From: a virus
DNA: 64,000 nt
Strand: one strand, 5' to 3'
Virus record (IMG/VR): IMGVR_UViG_3300042534_000747
The position numbers and the translations under genes are program-made. Below the pieces are notes generated by a model that was not told where the DNA came from, made no database searches, and worked only from the letters and a program-made list of their open reading frames with translations. Numbering within the stretch: position 1 is the stretch's first letter; each line of letters opens with the position of its first letter. Below, in pieces: positions 37,134-47,886 of the stretch.

Positions 37134-38750
37134 TTATTTATTTTGCCTTAAATAAATAAATGATAAAATTATTATGATGCAATATATAAATATGTTAATT
37201 ATGACTTTATAGTTTAATTCAATATCATCAACTTCATCTTCAATGTCAGTTACAGGGGAAGCAGTTGTAAATTCAATTGATAATAAATTCACATCTTCTA
37301 TTTCTACATTTTTTATTTCTTCTTCAGTGTATGCAGACATATCAAAGTAAAATATTATAAATGCTTCTCCATTTGAATTTACAGAACTTATTTTAACTTT
37401 ATAATTTCCTGTTTCAGCATATGATTTTGTAATTTTGTCATTGATGTTGTAAGTTTCTGTAGTTCCATCTCCAAAGTCAATTATGTATTGTTTTATTGGA
37501 ATTGAACCTTCTGATGTTATTATGATGTTGAAGTCAATAGGGTCATAAATTTTTACATTGTAGGATTTCATTGATAATGAAAATTCTGAAGGGAGACTTT
37601 TTATTTCAATTGTTGAAATTATAGTTTGTTCATTACCTTTTGTATCAATTGCTTTTGTAGTTATGTAATATGTTCCTTCTTTAGTATATTTATATGTGAT
37701 ATCTCTGGATGTGTAAGTGTTGGTTGTTCCATCTCCGAAATCAACTATGTATTTGTCAATTGGATATGAGAATTTTTTCAATAATGAAATAGTTAATTTA
37801 ATTTCATCATTTGCAAATGCAGTTGTTGGAGCTTCAACATTGAATTCAAATACTTCATCATTTACATATATGACATTTTCAAAATCATAAATTGCATATA
37901 TTATACCAATGGTTTCAATATTTTTAGGGACTTTTACACGTAATCTAAGGTCATGTTCTCCATTAGTATTGAATGTAAAAGGAATTGAGTTAATGTTGTA
38001 TTTTGTTAATTGAATATTTTGTGCTACATCATCTACATATAAAGTGTATGTTACTGGTACTTCTCCTGCAAAATTAGTAGGAGCATTTACTTCTGTATAT
38101 GATAGTGTAGTTGGAATGTTCACTGATGCTTCTGAAATTTCTAATTCGTAATTTACAATGCCTTTTGTCACTGTAAATTCTTTTGTAGTTGCTAATGTAG
38201 AATCATGGTATGATTTTATTAGATATCTGCCAAATGGTTGATTTGTGTCTATGGATAAAGTTGCCCATGCCCAATCACGATTAATTTTTACTGTGCCTGA
38301 ATTATAAATTAAAAGGTAAGTTGCAAGTGTATCATCATAGCGATAAATTTCATTTCTTATAGTATGGCTTTCAGGATTATAGAAAAACGAAGTTATTTTG
38401 ATATTTTCATATTCAGCATAATTGTATCTTTCACCTGTAATAGTTATTTTAACTCCACTGGATGTACTCATACCACTGAAAGTATCACTACATATAATCA
38501 TATCACTTTTTGCTGTTATAGAGCCAAATAGAAGGTTTTTGATATTATAGATTATAGTTTCAAAAAAATTTAAATCTGTATTTTCATCGATAGATAAAGT
38601 GAAATCATCAGTAGAACCTAATACAGTAGAATTAGATGATTCACATGTGCCAATATTAATAGTTGCTATTAATAAAATTAAGATTAAAAAAATATTTGAA
38701 AATTTCATTTTATCACCATTATTATATAGTGTATAATTATATTTTAACAC
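37134..38750 (-). CDS. PKD-domain cell-surface protein
   Basis: Two VDFGDGTT/IDFGDGTT PKD motifs; signal peptide (start probably MKFSN); C-terminal TM. Confidence 0.85.
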   Translation of the reverse strand: MLKYNYTLYNNGDKMKFSNIFLILILLIATINIGTCESSNSTVLGSTDDFTLSIDENTDLNFFETIIYNIKNLLFGSITAKSDMIICSDTFSGMSTSSGVKITITGERYNYAEYENIKITSFFYNPESHTIRNEIYRYDDTLATYLLIYNSGTVKINRDWAWATLSIDTNQPFGRYLIKSYHDSTLATTKEFTVTKGIVNYELEISEASVNIPTTLSYTEVNAPTNFAGEVPVTYTLYVDDVAQNIQLTKYNINSIPFTFNTNGEHDLRLRVKVPKNIETIGIIYAIYDFENVIYVNDEVFEFNVEAPTTAFANDEIKLTISLLKKFSYPIDKYIVDFGDGTTNTYTSRDITYKYTKEGTYYITTKAIDTKGNEQTIISTIEIKSLPSEFSLSMKSYNVKIYDPIDFNIIITSEGSIPIKQYIIDFGDGTTETYNINDKITKSYAETGNYKVKISSVNSNGEAFIIFYFDMSAYTEEEIKNVEIEDVNLLSIEFTTASPVTDIEDEVDDIELNYKVIINIFIYCIIIILSFIYLRQNK

Positions 38751-38783
38751 TATATAAAGATATGGTGAATATGTGAAATTTAA

Positions 38784-40145
38784 TTAACAATTTGGTTTAT
38801 TGAAATTTATTTTTTCACTAAATGAATCAATTACTTCTTGATATTTTTTATTCATAGCAATTGCTTCATTCATTATTAATTCTTCATTGTTATAATTTTC
38901 TTGTTCAGAATCTATAACAGTTTTGATTTCTTGCATTTTGGTATTGCAATTTGTAATAATTTCTTCATTCATACTAATCATATCGTTATATTTAGATATT
39001 TCAGAATTTATTGAATTTATTGCAATTTCAATTGCAGAAAGTGTATTCTCAACTGTAGAATCAAGAGCTATTGTATCACATTCAGTTTTTCCAAAATCAG
39101 CTTCAGGTACTTCAGGTATTTCTATTGCTTCAGGTTCAATAGGTTCAGGTACTTCTTTTTCAGCTTTAGCTACTGCTCTTTTTTCTGCTTTTTCAGCTTT
39201 AGCTTTTGCTTTTTCTTCAGCTTTAGCAATTTTCATTTCTTCAACTTTTTTTGCCTTAGCTTTTGCTTTTTCTTTTAATTGTTCAACTTTCTCTTCTTCA
39301 GCAGATTTTTTATATACACCTACAATTTTATAAGTTAGTTTTTTATAGGGGAATCTTTCTTGTATTGTCTTATGATGGATTGTTTTTTCTAGATTTGCAT
39401 AATGATTAGCACATGTTTGCTTTGAATCACTATCAAGTTTCAGACTAATAAAATTTTTAAATAAATTCTTTTCTAAATGATAGTATCTTACATCTTTTTT
39501 TGTAACTTCGTTATAAACAGTGTATGTTCCAAAAACAGGATAATCATTGTAAACTAAATTGTCAAGAACTTGTTCTATTAGTTTTTCGTCACCTTTTTTG
39601 AAAATGTTTTCATTAATTACAATTTTAATGATATGTTCTAATGTTTGACCAGATGCAACCCACCCATTTTCACTGAAATATGCAATCATGTTATATTCTT
39701 CAACAAACATGGTTGTTCTTTTAGATAAATAATTTTCATTTAGATAATATACATTTGTTCTATTATTGTTTTGCATTTCATTTAGCATATCTAGTGCATT
39801 TCTACCATCTTGTGTGATGGCATAAAAATAAGAAAATTCACCTGTATACTTTTTTCTGGTTAAATAACCATGTTTACACATGTTTTTGAAAAAAGTATCA
39901 ACTGAACATGATTTATTATTTAATACAAAATTACGTTGAATTATATCACTTTTTACATACTCAAATTCAGATGAATTGTCTTTCAAATAACTTAATAAAT
40001 GATGTTCAGAGGAATTAGGGCGCATAAATCTTAAACAATATAAATTTTTTTCTATTATTAGAGATTTATTTGTTTTCAAAGTTATTTCTTTCATTGCATT
40101 CAGGTCTTTTTCAGTCAATATGACTCTATCTGATAGTTCTACCAT
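38784..40145 (-). CDS. Winged-helix protein with Ala/Lys/Glu-rich linker and C-terminal coiled coil
   Basis: KHGYL...YAITQDGRNAL wing motif; KAKAKAEKAEK stretch. Confidence 0.7.
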   Translation of the reverse strand: MVELSDRVILTEKDLNAMKEITLKTNKSLIIEKNLYCLRFMRPNSSEHHLLSYLKDNSSEFEYVKSDIIQRNFVLNNKSCSVDTFFKNMCKHGYLTRKKYTGEFSYFYAITQDGRNALDMLNEMQNNNRTNVYYLNENYLSKRTTMFVEEYNMIAYFSENGWVASGQTLEHIIKIVINENIFKKGDEKLIEQVLDNLVYNDYPVFGTYTVYNEVTKKDVRYYHLEKNLFKNFISLKLDSDSKQTCANHYANLEKTIHHKTIQERFPYKKLTYKIVGVYKKSAEEEKVEQLKEKAKAKAKKVEEMKIAKAEEKAKAKAEKAEKRAVAKAEKEVPEPIEPEAIEIPEVPEADFGKTECDTIALDSTVENTLSAIEIAINSINSEISKYNDMISMNEEIITNCNTKMQEIKTVIDSEQENYNNEELIMNEAIAMNKKYQEVIDSFSEKINFNKPNC

Positions 40146-40296
40146 AGAGGTAAGTATATGTACTTTATACTATATAAATGATTATGAAAAAAGGATACTA
40201 TATGAATGTTTTTTGCAATATTGTTAATTGATTTATTATTCTTAAAATCAGATTGTTTTAAATATGATGAGTGTCATTGTATGAATTGTGATTTAT

Positions 40297-40443
40297 ATGG
40301 CTAAAGTATATGACATGATACTTGAATATGAAAAATTGGATAAAGATATTGAAATGGCATGTATTGTAAAACAAATGAATAAAGAAGTGCAAACTCTTAA
40401 AAATAGAGTAAGTGTTCTTGAAATGAGAAGTGAAGTTTTATGA
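40297..40443 (+). CDS. Small coiled-coil protein (48 aa, not in ORF track)
   Basis: MAKVYDMILEYEKL...; stop overlaps the next start. Confidence 0.5.
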   Translation: MAKVYDMILEYEKLDKDIEMACIVKQMNKEVQTLKNRVSVLEMRSEVL

Positions 40444-41237
40444 TTTATTATGTAGAAGGTTTAATGATGCAAAAATTAATTAAAGATATAAATAAATATT
40501 TTGATGATATTTATGATAATATTGAAAAAGAAGGATGTTGTATTAATAAAAGTGACGTGAATGTTTTGCAGTTTGCATCTATTATGAAGAAGGATGAATC
40601 TATTATATGTAAAATGTTTGGCAGTTGTGATTTTTTCAAGATTTCTAAAAATGATTATGGAGTGCAGATTGAGCATATTGGAAATGATTATGTAAATACT
40701 GTACTTTGTAAAAATGGAAAAATTTATGATGAAGAATGTTTTACATGTTGGTTTAATTCATTAAGTTTGGGATTTGCTGATTTGATTATTCATTTTGAAG
40801 ATAAATATGTCATGGATGTAGTTAGAGAAAAGAACATTGTTTTGTATGATTTTGAAAATGGCAATGTTGAAATAGAAGATTATTTTGTTAAAAGATTTGA
40901 AGAGATTGGGGAACAAGTTGATATTGTTAAAAATAAGGTTGAATGTATAGAGATTTATAATGAAAAAGTTGGCAATAAAGATAGTTTAATGTTGTCTGAT
41001 GGTAGTATTTTGCAATCTTATTATGAAGATATTGAAACTCCATATGGTGTTTATGTGGTTAATGGTTTTGCAATTGAAACTGTTTTGGGAATTTACAAGT
41101 ATATAGATAGTCCTGTTCAATGTATTGTGTATGAAAAGCATAATGATAAGATTAATGATGTGAAGGAAGATGTAATTTATGGATTTTTGGATTGTTTTGA
41201 TGATAGTGAAAAATTTGTGAGTAGTTATAATGTGTGA
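40440..41237 (+). CDS. Hypothetical protein
   Basis: 265-aa ORF. Confidence 0.75.
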   Translation: MIYYVEGLMMQKLIKDINKYFDDIYDNIEKEGCCINKSDVNVLQFASIMKKDESIICKMFGSCDFFKISKNDYGVQIEHIGNDYVNTVLCKNGKIYDEECFTCWFNSLSLGFADLIIHFEDKYVMDVVREKNIVLYDFENGNVEIEDYFVKRFEEIGEQVDIVKNKVECIEIYNEKVGNKDSLMLSDGSILQSYYEDIETPYGVYVVNGFAIETVLGIYKYIDSPVQCIVYEKHNDKINDVKEDVIYGFLDCFDDSEKFVSSYNV

Positions 41238-41709
41238 AATTATTGATGAGATTTTGATTTCTGTTTATAGTGAAATAGAAGGAGAATTTGAGCATGATGT
41301 AGATAATTATGAAAGTAAACAATTTGTTAATGATTTCTATAATGCATTTAAATATTATTTGAGTTTGGAAAATGCAAATTTCATGATTAGTGGAGATAAT
41401 GAAAATGTAAAAACAATGTTTAATTTTGATAAATATTGTTATATTTCATATGTTAAAGATGGAATTTGCTATGAAACAGATGAATTTATTATTGAGATTT
41501 ATTTGAAAATGGGAAATGAAAGTTATTATAATCAATTTGATGATTTCAGGTGTGTGGTTAATGGATATGTGAAAGCCGTTGACAGTGGAAAATATGATGA
41601 AATTGTTTGTAGTATTAATTGTAATATTGGAGAGAATTGGTTAAATTTTGCATTGAAATATGATGGTGAAGAACATAGTAGGATTAGTCAATTGGATGTG
41701 AGAAATTAA
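41230..41709 (+). CDS. Hypothetical protein
   Basis: Coupled ORF. Confidence 0.7.
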   Translation: MCEIIDEILISVYSEIEGEFEHDVDNYESKQFVNDFYNAFKYYLSLENANFMISGDNENVKTMFNFDKYCYISYVKDGICYETDEFIIEIYLKMGNESYYNQFDDFRCVVNGYVKAVDSGKYDEIVCSINCNIGENWLNFALKYDGEEHSRISQLDVRN

Positions 41710-42104
41710 TGGATTATTCAGTGTTGATACCATTGATAATTTTTTTGGCAACTATTTTGTTGAGTAATTTGAATGATTTGAATAGGGTAGTTTTTAGGTA
41801 TAATGATAAGTATTTTAGGTATAATGAATTGGTTATCAAGGCAAATGAAAAAGGTGCAATGAAGGATAAAGTAATTGTTAGAACAGTGAATGATAATCGT
41901 ATTAATAATGTAATTATTATTGTAGTGGTTTTTTATTCAGTGGCATTGTTTTTGTGTAGTTTGGATGAAGCAATTATGTTGATGTCTTTGTTGATTGCAG
42001 GTGGTATATTCATTAGTTATTTAGAATTTGTTAAAATTAATGATAAGATTAGTGAAGTTGAAAAAGAGATTTATAAATTGATGGAAAATTTTAATGTTTA
42101 TTAA
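41709..42104 (+). CDS. Membrane protein
   Basis: Three hydrophobic helices. Confidence 0.7.
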   Translation: MDYSVLIPLIIFLATILLSNLNDLNRVVFRYNDKYFRYNELVIKANEKGAMKDKVIVRTVNDNRINNVIIIVVVFYSVALFLCSLDEAIMLMSLLIAGGIFISYLEFVKINDKISEVEKEIYKLMENFNVY

Positions 42105-42117
42105 GGATTTGTAAAAT

Positions 42118-42414
42118 ATGGTAAGTAAAAAAGTAACTAACAAGTATAGGGATTGGGTTTATGATTGCAATAGATATTTAATTTTGGCAAAAAGTCATTT
42201 GGAAGATTCTGATGTAGTGATGGATGAAACATTTTTGGGAAATTATTTGAGCAATCTTGATTATTTTAAAGGTGTTGAAGTTGAAGGTATCAGGGATACT
42301 TTGACTAAAATTAAAAATGAAGATTGGGAAAATGTGACTGAAGAAATGATTGTGAAAGGGCAAGATGTTCTTTTTGAATTGTTGGAAAGCTTGAAATATA
42401 GAATGTTAAAGTAA
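42118..42414 (+). CDS. Hypothetical protein
   Basis: 98-aa ORF. Confidence 0.7.
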   Translation: MVSKKVTNKYRDWVYDCNRYLILAKSHLEDSDVVMDETFLGNYLSNLDYFKGVEVEGIRDTLTKIKNEDWENVTEEMIVKGQDVLFELLESLKYRMLK

Positions 42415-42469
42415 TTTCTTTTCTTTTTTTCAGTTAGTTTTATATAGCATGGATGCCATGTTATGAGTT

Positions 42470-42721
42470 ATGGAAATAAAAAATGTAACAACTGTATTCT
42501 TTTTTCCAACTTTGTTAGTAGGAATTTTGATTATTTTGAAGTTGGGTGAATTTTTAAATATTGATTGGATTGTGGTATTTGCACCATATTTATTTTATTT
42601 GGCAGTAGTTGCAGTACCTTTGACATTTACCTTGATAGCTCTTATTATTATAGCTATTGTAATTGTATTGGTGGGTATTTTGGCATTGATTGGATGGGTA
42701 TTTACGTTGATATTGGGGTGA
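42470..42721 (+). CDS. Small membrane protein
   Basis: LGIL..LKL...IDW.WV..P-like phage membrane motif; very hydrophobic. Confidence 0.7.
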   Translation: MEIKNVTTVFFFPTLLVGILIILKLGEFLNIDWIVVFAPYLFYLAVVAVPLTFTLIALIIIAIVIVLVGILALIGWVFTLILG

Positions 42722-42725
42722 AATT

Positions 42726-43220
42726 GTGAAAATAATGGCATTTGGTAGTAAAAATAATAATGCAAAAAATTTGTATTATAAAGATGATTTTAATAGTATT
42801 TTTGATTTCTATTTAAAAATGATTGAAGATTATTATGAAGAAGTATATTTTATGGTGATGGATTCTGATGAAATTGTTTCTAGAATAATAGTTATTGATA
42901 ATGGAAAAATGATAGGATTTAGAAAAGTTTTAGATGAATCATTGATGATTTTGAAAAGTGATTGTGAACGTAAATATGATAATTTATGTATTGTTGTAAC
43001 TGGTTATGATGAAATGCATGATAATTTAATTTCTGAAAAATTTTATGATTTTGAAAAAGCAATAAAGCATTATATGATATTAAAAAGTGAAATGTTTGAT
43101 AGAGTTGTAATTAAAATTATGGATGAAAAATACAATTTTGTTTTTAATATTGAATGTGATAAGCAAACTGGAAATGAAACTTTTGGATTTAAAAAATTAG
43201 ATAATGAATTAGATTTTTAA
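42726..43220 (+). CDS. Protein with two copies of the repeated xVxG...A...Y domain
   Basis: Homologous to the 51246-53506 family. Confidence 0.7.
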   Translation: MKIMAFGSKNNNAKNLYYKDDFNSIFDFYLKMIEDYYEEVYFMVMDSDEIVSRIIVIDNGKMIGFRKVLDESLMILKSDCERKYDNLCIVVTGYDEMHDNLISEKFYDFEKAIKHYMILKSEMFDRVVIKIMDEKYNFVFNIECDKQTGNETFGFKKLDNELDF

Positions 43221-43231
43221 GGTGATAAAAA

Positions 43232-43504
43232 ATGGATTGTTTACATTGTGGTGATTGTTGTAAGAGAATGTCACCTATTACGAATGGTGAAGAACCATGT
43301 CCTAATCTGATTGAGTATAAAGGATTTTGGTTTTGTGGTGATTATGAAAATAGACCCTTTGAATGTGAAAATCATAATTTTGTAGCAAGATTTTGTCCTG
43401 TAGGATTAGATGTGTTGCAGGATAAGTTTAGAAGTGTGCAGGATGTTGGTTTTTGGATAGATAAAGCATATGAAATTACTAAAACAGGAGATTTTAAAAA
43501 ATAA
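43232..43504 (+). CDS. YkgJ-like cysteine-cluster (CxxCxxCC) protein
   Basis: CLHCGDCC...CPNL...C..YENRP..C. Confidence 0.8.
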   Translation: MDCLHCGDCCKRMSPITNGEEPCPNLIEYKGFWFCGDYENRPFECENHNFVARFCPVGLDVLQDKFRSVQDVGFWIDKAYEITKTGDFKK

Positions 43505-43696
43505 AAATAATTATTTAATTTTTTTGAGATGGTCTTTTTCTGTTTGGATTTATTGTTGCAGGTTTTCTTTTACGAATTATATTTGTATTGATGGAAAAAT
43601 GTGTATCAATCTCTGTGGGTTTTATTAGTTGAATCTGCATAGGTATAATAATGTATTTTATTATATATAAGTGTATGTTAAAAAAAGAAAAATGGG

Positions 43697-44002
43697 TTAT
43701 TCTATGGTAATGGTATTTTGTAAATAGCCATTTGTCCATGTTAAAGCTCTATTAGATGGGGGATTGAGTTGAGATATGTCAATACTTTCGTTTGATGAGA
43801 ATATTAGACTAATAGTGTCATAGCACCATTGCTGTTCACTTTCATTGAATGACATGAATTCTGATTGCTTGTAGAATTGTTCAGTTGATACTATTGTTCC
43901 TGTATTGGTTGAAGTGTCTGTAGCAACCATCCCTATTATTCCAATGAATATTGAAGATAGCATAATAAATGCTAAAAATAAACTTATGTGTTTTGTTTTC
44001 AT
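43697..44002 (-). CDS. Secreted/membrane-anchored hypothetical protein
   Basis: N-terminal signal/TM helix. Confidence 0.65.
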   Translation of the reverse strand: MKTKHISLFLAFIMLSSIFIGIIGMVATDTSTNTGTIVSTEQFYKQSEFMSFNESEQQWCYDTISLIFSSNESIDISQLNPPSNRALTWTNGYLQNTITIE

Positions 44003-44107
44003 TTAATCGTTCCATAGTAATGTTTAAGTGTATATAAATGTTTTGTTGAATTTTTAGTTAGTTTTATATATGATTAGTGCATTGTATGGTATTGTAGGTG
44101 TCAAATT

Positions 44108-44515
44108 ATGATGAATAGAGATGATTTTAAGTTTTTGGTTTGGAATGGAAATGAGTTTGAAAATGGTGAAGAAATTTTCCTTGATTATGAAGCATGTGAT
44201 GAAGTTAGAATCATGGTCAATGGTTACTATTTGAATCGTGTAGGTGTAATTAGGTTTACTGGAAAGCAGGATTTTGAAGGTAAAGATATTTATGAAGATT
44301 TCATTGTAAGGTTGGATACTTTTAGAAATTCTGAAGAAAGTAGATTGTTTTTTGTTGTGAAGAAGGGTAATGATGGTAAGTGGATTTTGTGTAGAAGTCT
44401 GTATGAAGATAGAAATTTGAGTGAATATGTGAATAATTGTACTATTATTGGGAATAGGTTTGAGAATCCTGAATTGTATAATGAAATAGTTAATATAAAT
44501 GAAATGATTGAATGA
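44108..44515 (+). CDS. YopX-family phage protein
   Basis: FKFLVW...FTGKQDFEGKDIYE...IIGNRFENPEL. Confidence 0.85.
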   Translation: MMNRDDFKFLVWNGNEFENGEEIFLDYEACDEVRIMVNGYYLNRVGVIRFTGKQDFEGKDIYEDFIVRLDTFRNSEESRLFFVVKKGNDGKWILCRSLYEDRNLSEYVNNCTIIGNRFENPELYNEIVNINEMIE

Positions 44516-44527
44516 ATATAAGGAGAA

Positions 44528-45220
44528 ATGAAAATGTTTGATATGTTTATATATTTAATTGAAAAATTGGAAAAGATGTATGGTAAGAATGAAAAAATAA
44601 ATAATGATAATATTGAAGAGGAAGAAATTGAATGTAAATTAGATTTTGATGAAAATGATTATAAAAATATAGAGAGGATTAGGGATTTATTAGTTATAAT
44701 GGAATCCCATAAAATGAAACATTTTAAAGAATTATCATCTATTAAAGAATGTAAAAAAATTAATAAAGAATCATTTGATAAAATGGTTGAATATAATTAT
44801 GATTATAAAAGAATTCGTGATTTAGGTGATAGCACTGTTTTAACTATTAAATGTTTGAAAGAAAAATGTAAATTTTTAGATAATGAAATACATGTAAATA
44901 AAGAAAAGATTAAAAATTTTGAAGAAAGTATAGATGTATCAATTAATAAAATATCTAAATTAGTAAATGATATTTTGGCAATTGAACAATTAAAATCAGT
45001 TAATTTTTGTAATATTAATTATATTATATATAAAAATGTAATAATATATGAAAATAGATATATTGGTCATGAATTTTTAGATAATGAATTAAAACATGAA
45101 ATTCAAAAAGGAATGAATATTAGATTCTTAGATAAAAATATGGTTTTGTCTTTTAAATATTTTAATAATTATAGAATAAATATTGCAGAGGGCTACTATG
45201 ATGGATATCCAATTCTTTAA
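44528..45220 (+). CDS. Coiled-coil hypothetical protein
   Basis: 230-aa helical ORF, GGAGA RBS. Confidence 0.65.
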   Translation: MKMFDMFIYLIEKLEKMYGKNEKINNDNIEEEEIECKLDFDENDYKNIERIRDLLVIMESHKMKHFKELSSIKECKKINKESFDKMVEYNYDYKRIRDLGDSTVLTIKCLKEKCKFLDNEIHVNKEKIKNFEESIDVSINKISKLVNDILAIEQLKSVNFCNINYIIYKNVIIYENRYIGHEFLDNELKHEIQKGMNIRFLDKNMVLSFKYFNNYRINIAEGYYDGYPIL

Positions 45221-45247
45221 TTCTTTTTTTAGATACTTATTTATACT

Positions 45248-45541
45248 ATGAACACCTACTATTACCTTGTAAGTCGTGATTATGATAAGATTTTGGGGAA
45301 AATGAAAATGGAAAATGTGCCTTATGAATTAAAAATAAAAGAAATTGATGGTGTTGAAGAAGTAATTATTAATTGTGGTGTTTGTGGAAAAGATATGATT
45401 GTAACACTTGATATAGATAGAGCAGAAAAATTACCAGATAAAAATGAAAATGATACTCAGATTTGTTATTTGAAAACTGTTGAAGAAAGTGAAGTTTTGG
45501 ATGGGAAAATTGTTTGTATGGAATGTTTTGGAAGGGATTGA
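45248..45541 (+). CDS. Zinc-finger protein
   Basis: CGVCG...CMEC. Confidence 0.7.
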   Translation: MNTYYYLVSRDYDKILGKMKMENVPYELKIKEIDGVEEVIINCGVCGKDMIVTLDIDRAEKLPDKNENDTQICYLKTVEESEVLDGKIVCMECFGRD

Positions 45542-45912
45542 ATATGAGTGAAATGTATTTTGATAAGGAAGAAGATGCAGTATTGTATCTTATGAAGATT
45601 TTCAATGATGGTGTGTATATTGGATGTGTTAAAACTCCTACTGAAGAAACTACATTGAAAGAATTTAAAAAATGGCAATATAGAAATTTAGTTAATATGA
45701 TTGTGTTGAATAAAAGTTATATACCACAGATTTTTGAATATGGGAATGTGAATGAATTCTGGAAAATTCCAACTGATGATTTTGTTGATGAGTATCAAGA
45801 TTTTAGGAAGTTATTGTTGCTTTTGTTGAATGCAAATTTGATTGATTTTTATGATTTTAAAAATTTGATTATTGAAAAATGTGTAAAGAAAGATAAATTA
45901 TGTAGTTGTTAA
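45514..45912 (+). CDS. Hypothetical protein
   Basis: Coupled ORF. Confidence 0.65.
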   Translation: MYGMFWKGLNMSEMYFDKEEDAVLYLMKIFNDGVYIGCVKTPTEETTLKEFKKWQYRNLVNMIVLNKSYIPQIFEYGNVNEFWKIPTDDFVDEYQDFRKLLLLLLNANLIDFYDFKNLIIEKCVKKDKLCSC

Positions 45913-45988
45913 TGGGTGAATTCATCACTCATCTTTTCTAAAAATCTTTATATACTTTTAAATTTATTTATTGTAAAGGTGAAAATAA

Positions 45989-46516
45989 TTGAATACATAT
46001 ATAATTGAATTTATAGATTTGGTTGATTATGATAGTATACCTATAGTACAAGAATTTGATGCAGAAAATAATGCAAGTGCTAGATTAGGTTTTAAAAATA
46101 TGTTTAAAAAACAAGGATTTATTGAAGGTAAAAATTATAAGATACAATCTATTAAAATTAAAAAGAATGTAATTCCTAAAATAAAAATTGAATATGTTAA
46201 ACAGACAAAAAATGGATATAAAAGAGTTATATCAGATAATCCAATTAAACCATTTAAAACATTTATTAGTAGTAAAAGTAGAAATAAAGATTTAATTTAT
46301 GTTGAAGTAGAAAATAAAGCAGGTGAAATTTTTGACATGTGTTCTATAATGGGTAAATGGAATGAAACATATGGTGAAACATATGCATATAATTTATTTT
46401 TACAACAGACATATTTAGCAGATTATTTTGAAATATTAAATCCTAATGAAATAGATATTTTAAAATTAAAAGAAGCACCTTTGAGAACTTCACCTTTAAG
46501 TGAACAATATTTTTAA
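45989..46516 (+). CDS. Hypothetical protein (TTG start)
   Basis: AAGGTGA RBS. Confidence 0.7.
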   Translation: MNTYIIEFIDLVDYDSIPIVQEFDAENNASARLGFKNMFKKQGFIEGKNYKIQSIKIKKNVIPKIKIEYVKQTKNGYKRVISDNPIKPFKTFISSKSRNKDLIYVEVENKAGEIFDMCSIMGKWNETYGETYAYNLFLQQTYLADYFEILNPNEIDILKLKEAPLRTSPLSEQYF

Positions 46517-46534
46517 TAATTTGGAGTGAAATGA

Positions 46535-46801
46535 ATGGAAGAAGTATATGTAACATATCATCAAAATTTTTATCCAAATTCAGTGATAAATGTTTTTAAG
46601 AGTAAAGTGGCATTGAAAAAATGGTTAGATAAAGAAGGGTTTAGTTTTAAGCTTGATTTCTCTGATAAATGGGGTGGATATTTTGATGAATATGGGTTGG
46701 AAATATTTATAGAAATTAGACCACTGATAACTTCAAATGAAGTGACAAGTAAAATAGTAAATGATAAATTCTATAAAAAATTTTTGAATTATAAAATTTA
46801 A
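46535..46801 (+). CDS. Hypothetical protein
   Basis: GGAGTG RBS. Confidence 0.65.
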   Translation: MEEVYVTYHQNFYPNSVINVFKSKVALKKWLDKEGFSFKLDFSDKWGGYFDEYGLEIFIEIRPLITSNEVTSKIVNDKFYKKFLNYKI

Positions 46802-46813
46802 AAAGGTGTAAAA

Positions 46814-47026
46814 ATGACAAGAGAAGATTTACGATTTGAAGAATTAAATTCAACTGGAACTATGCATAGGCATTCAAGTCACCCTTATTGGCATCCTATT
46901 ACAAGAATGCATAAAGATGTAAAAACTCCAATGGGTAGAATTTTTGAAGATAGAAACAGAACTGAAAGAGCAAATAAAAAATCAAGTAAAATGATGATTG
47001 AACGTAGTAATAATTTTAGATATTAA
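46814..47026 (+). CDS. Small basic His-rich protein
   Basis: AAGGTG RBS. Confidence 0.65.
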   Translation: MTREDLRFEELNSTGTMHRHSSHPYWHPITRMHKDVKTPMGRIFEDRNRTERANKKSSKMMIERSNNFRY

Positions 47027-47045
47027 AATAGGAAATTGAATATAA

Positions 47046-47882
47046 ATGAAATTATCTGAAGTAAAAGGCATTGGTGAAGGTACTGAAAAAGATTTGAATA
47101 AAATAGGAATAATGGATATTGAACAATTTAGTAAAACTCCACATGAACAAATATTTTCATCTGGTGTTCCTTCTGGAAAATTGGCAATATTGTATAATTT
47201 CGTTGGGAATAAATGTACAGTTGAACAAGTTGATAATTTAAGAAATGGTATTAATAAAATAGCAGATGCAATTAAAAATGATAAATATATTGGTATGAAA
47301 TTATGGAATAGTCCACATGATACGAAATTATCAACTGTGATAACAATACATAACGGAAGAAATGGATTAGTGTATGAAGTTGGTGATATATCAAAATCAC
47401 ATGGTAATTCTTTATATACAAAAGAACAACTTAAATCTTTAATCGAAAATCAAGATAAATATGAAAATATTAGAAAAGCAAATGATGAATTTGATAAAAA
47501 ACAACAAGAAGAAGAAAATATTAAATTGTTGAAAAAAGAAGAAGAAGAACGTATTGAGAGAGAATTATATTTACTTGATGATTTTACTGCAAATAAAACA
47601 TCAATGCAAAAAGGTAAGATTTTAAAAACTCTTAATGACCAAGTGCGTTATGAAAGTAAATTTACAAATTTCAAAAAAATGATTCACATGCTTGTAGTTG
47701 AAAGAGGTGCTAATCCAAAAATATTTGAACGTGATTATTCTGTAAAAAAATCTGATTATGGTGAAAAATTATCAAAACCAATAAAAGAATATCGTTTATG
47801 GTTTGGTGATGATGGTAATACTTTTGTCACAGTTAATAAAACACAATTTGAATATGCAGAATTTTTAGCAGATAAAAGGTGA
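47046..47882 (+). CDS. Protein with N-terminal helix-hairpin-helix domain
   Basis: VKGIGEGTEKDLNKIGI; same N-terminal module as 3640-4707. Confidence 0.75.
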   Translation: MKLSEVKGIGEGTEKDLNKIGIMDIEQFSKTPHEQIFSSGVPSGKLAILYNFVGNKCTVEQVDNLRNGINKIADAIKNDKYIGMKLWNSPHDTKLSTVITIHNGRNGLVYEVGDISKSHGNSLYTKEQLKSLIENQDKYENIRKANDEFDKKQQEEENIKLLKKEEEERIERELYLLDDFTANKTSMQKGKILKTLNDQVRYESKFTNFKKMIHMLVVERGANPKIFERDYSVKKSDYGEKLSKPIKEYRLWFGDDGNTFVTVNKTQFEYAEFLADKR

Positions 47883-47886
47883 AATA

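Noticed and set aside
39150-39280. Repetitive GCTTT-rich DNA
   Set aside because: Simply encodes the Ala/Lys/Glu low-complexity linker of 38784-40145.
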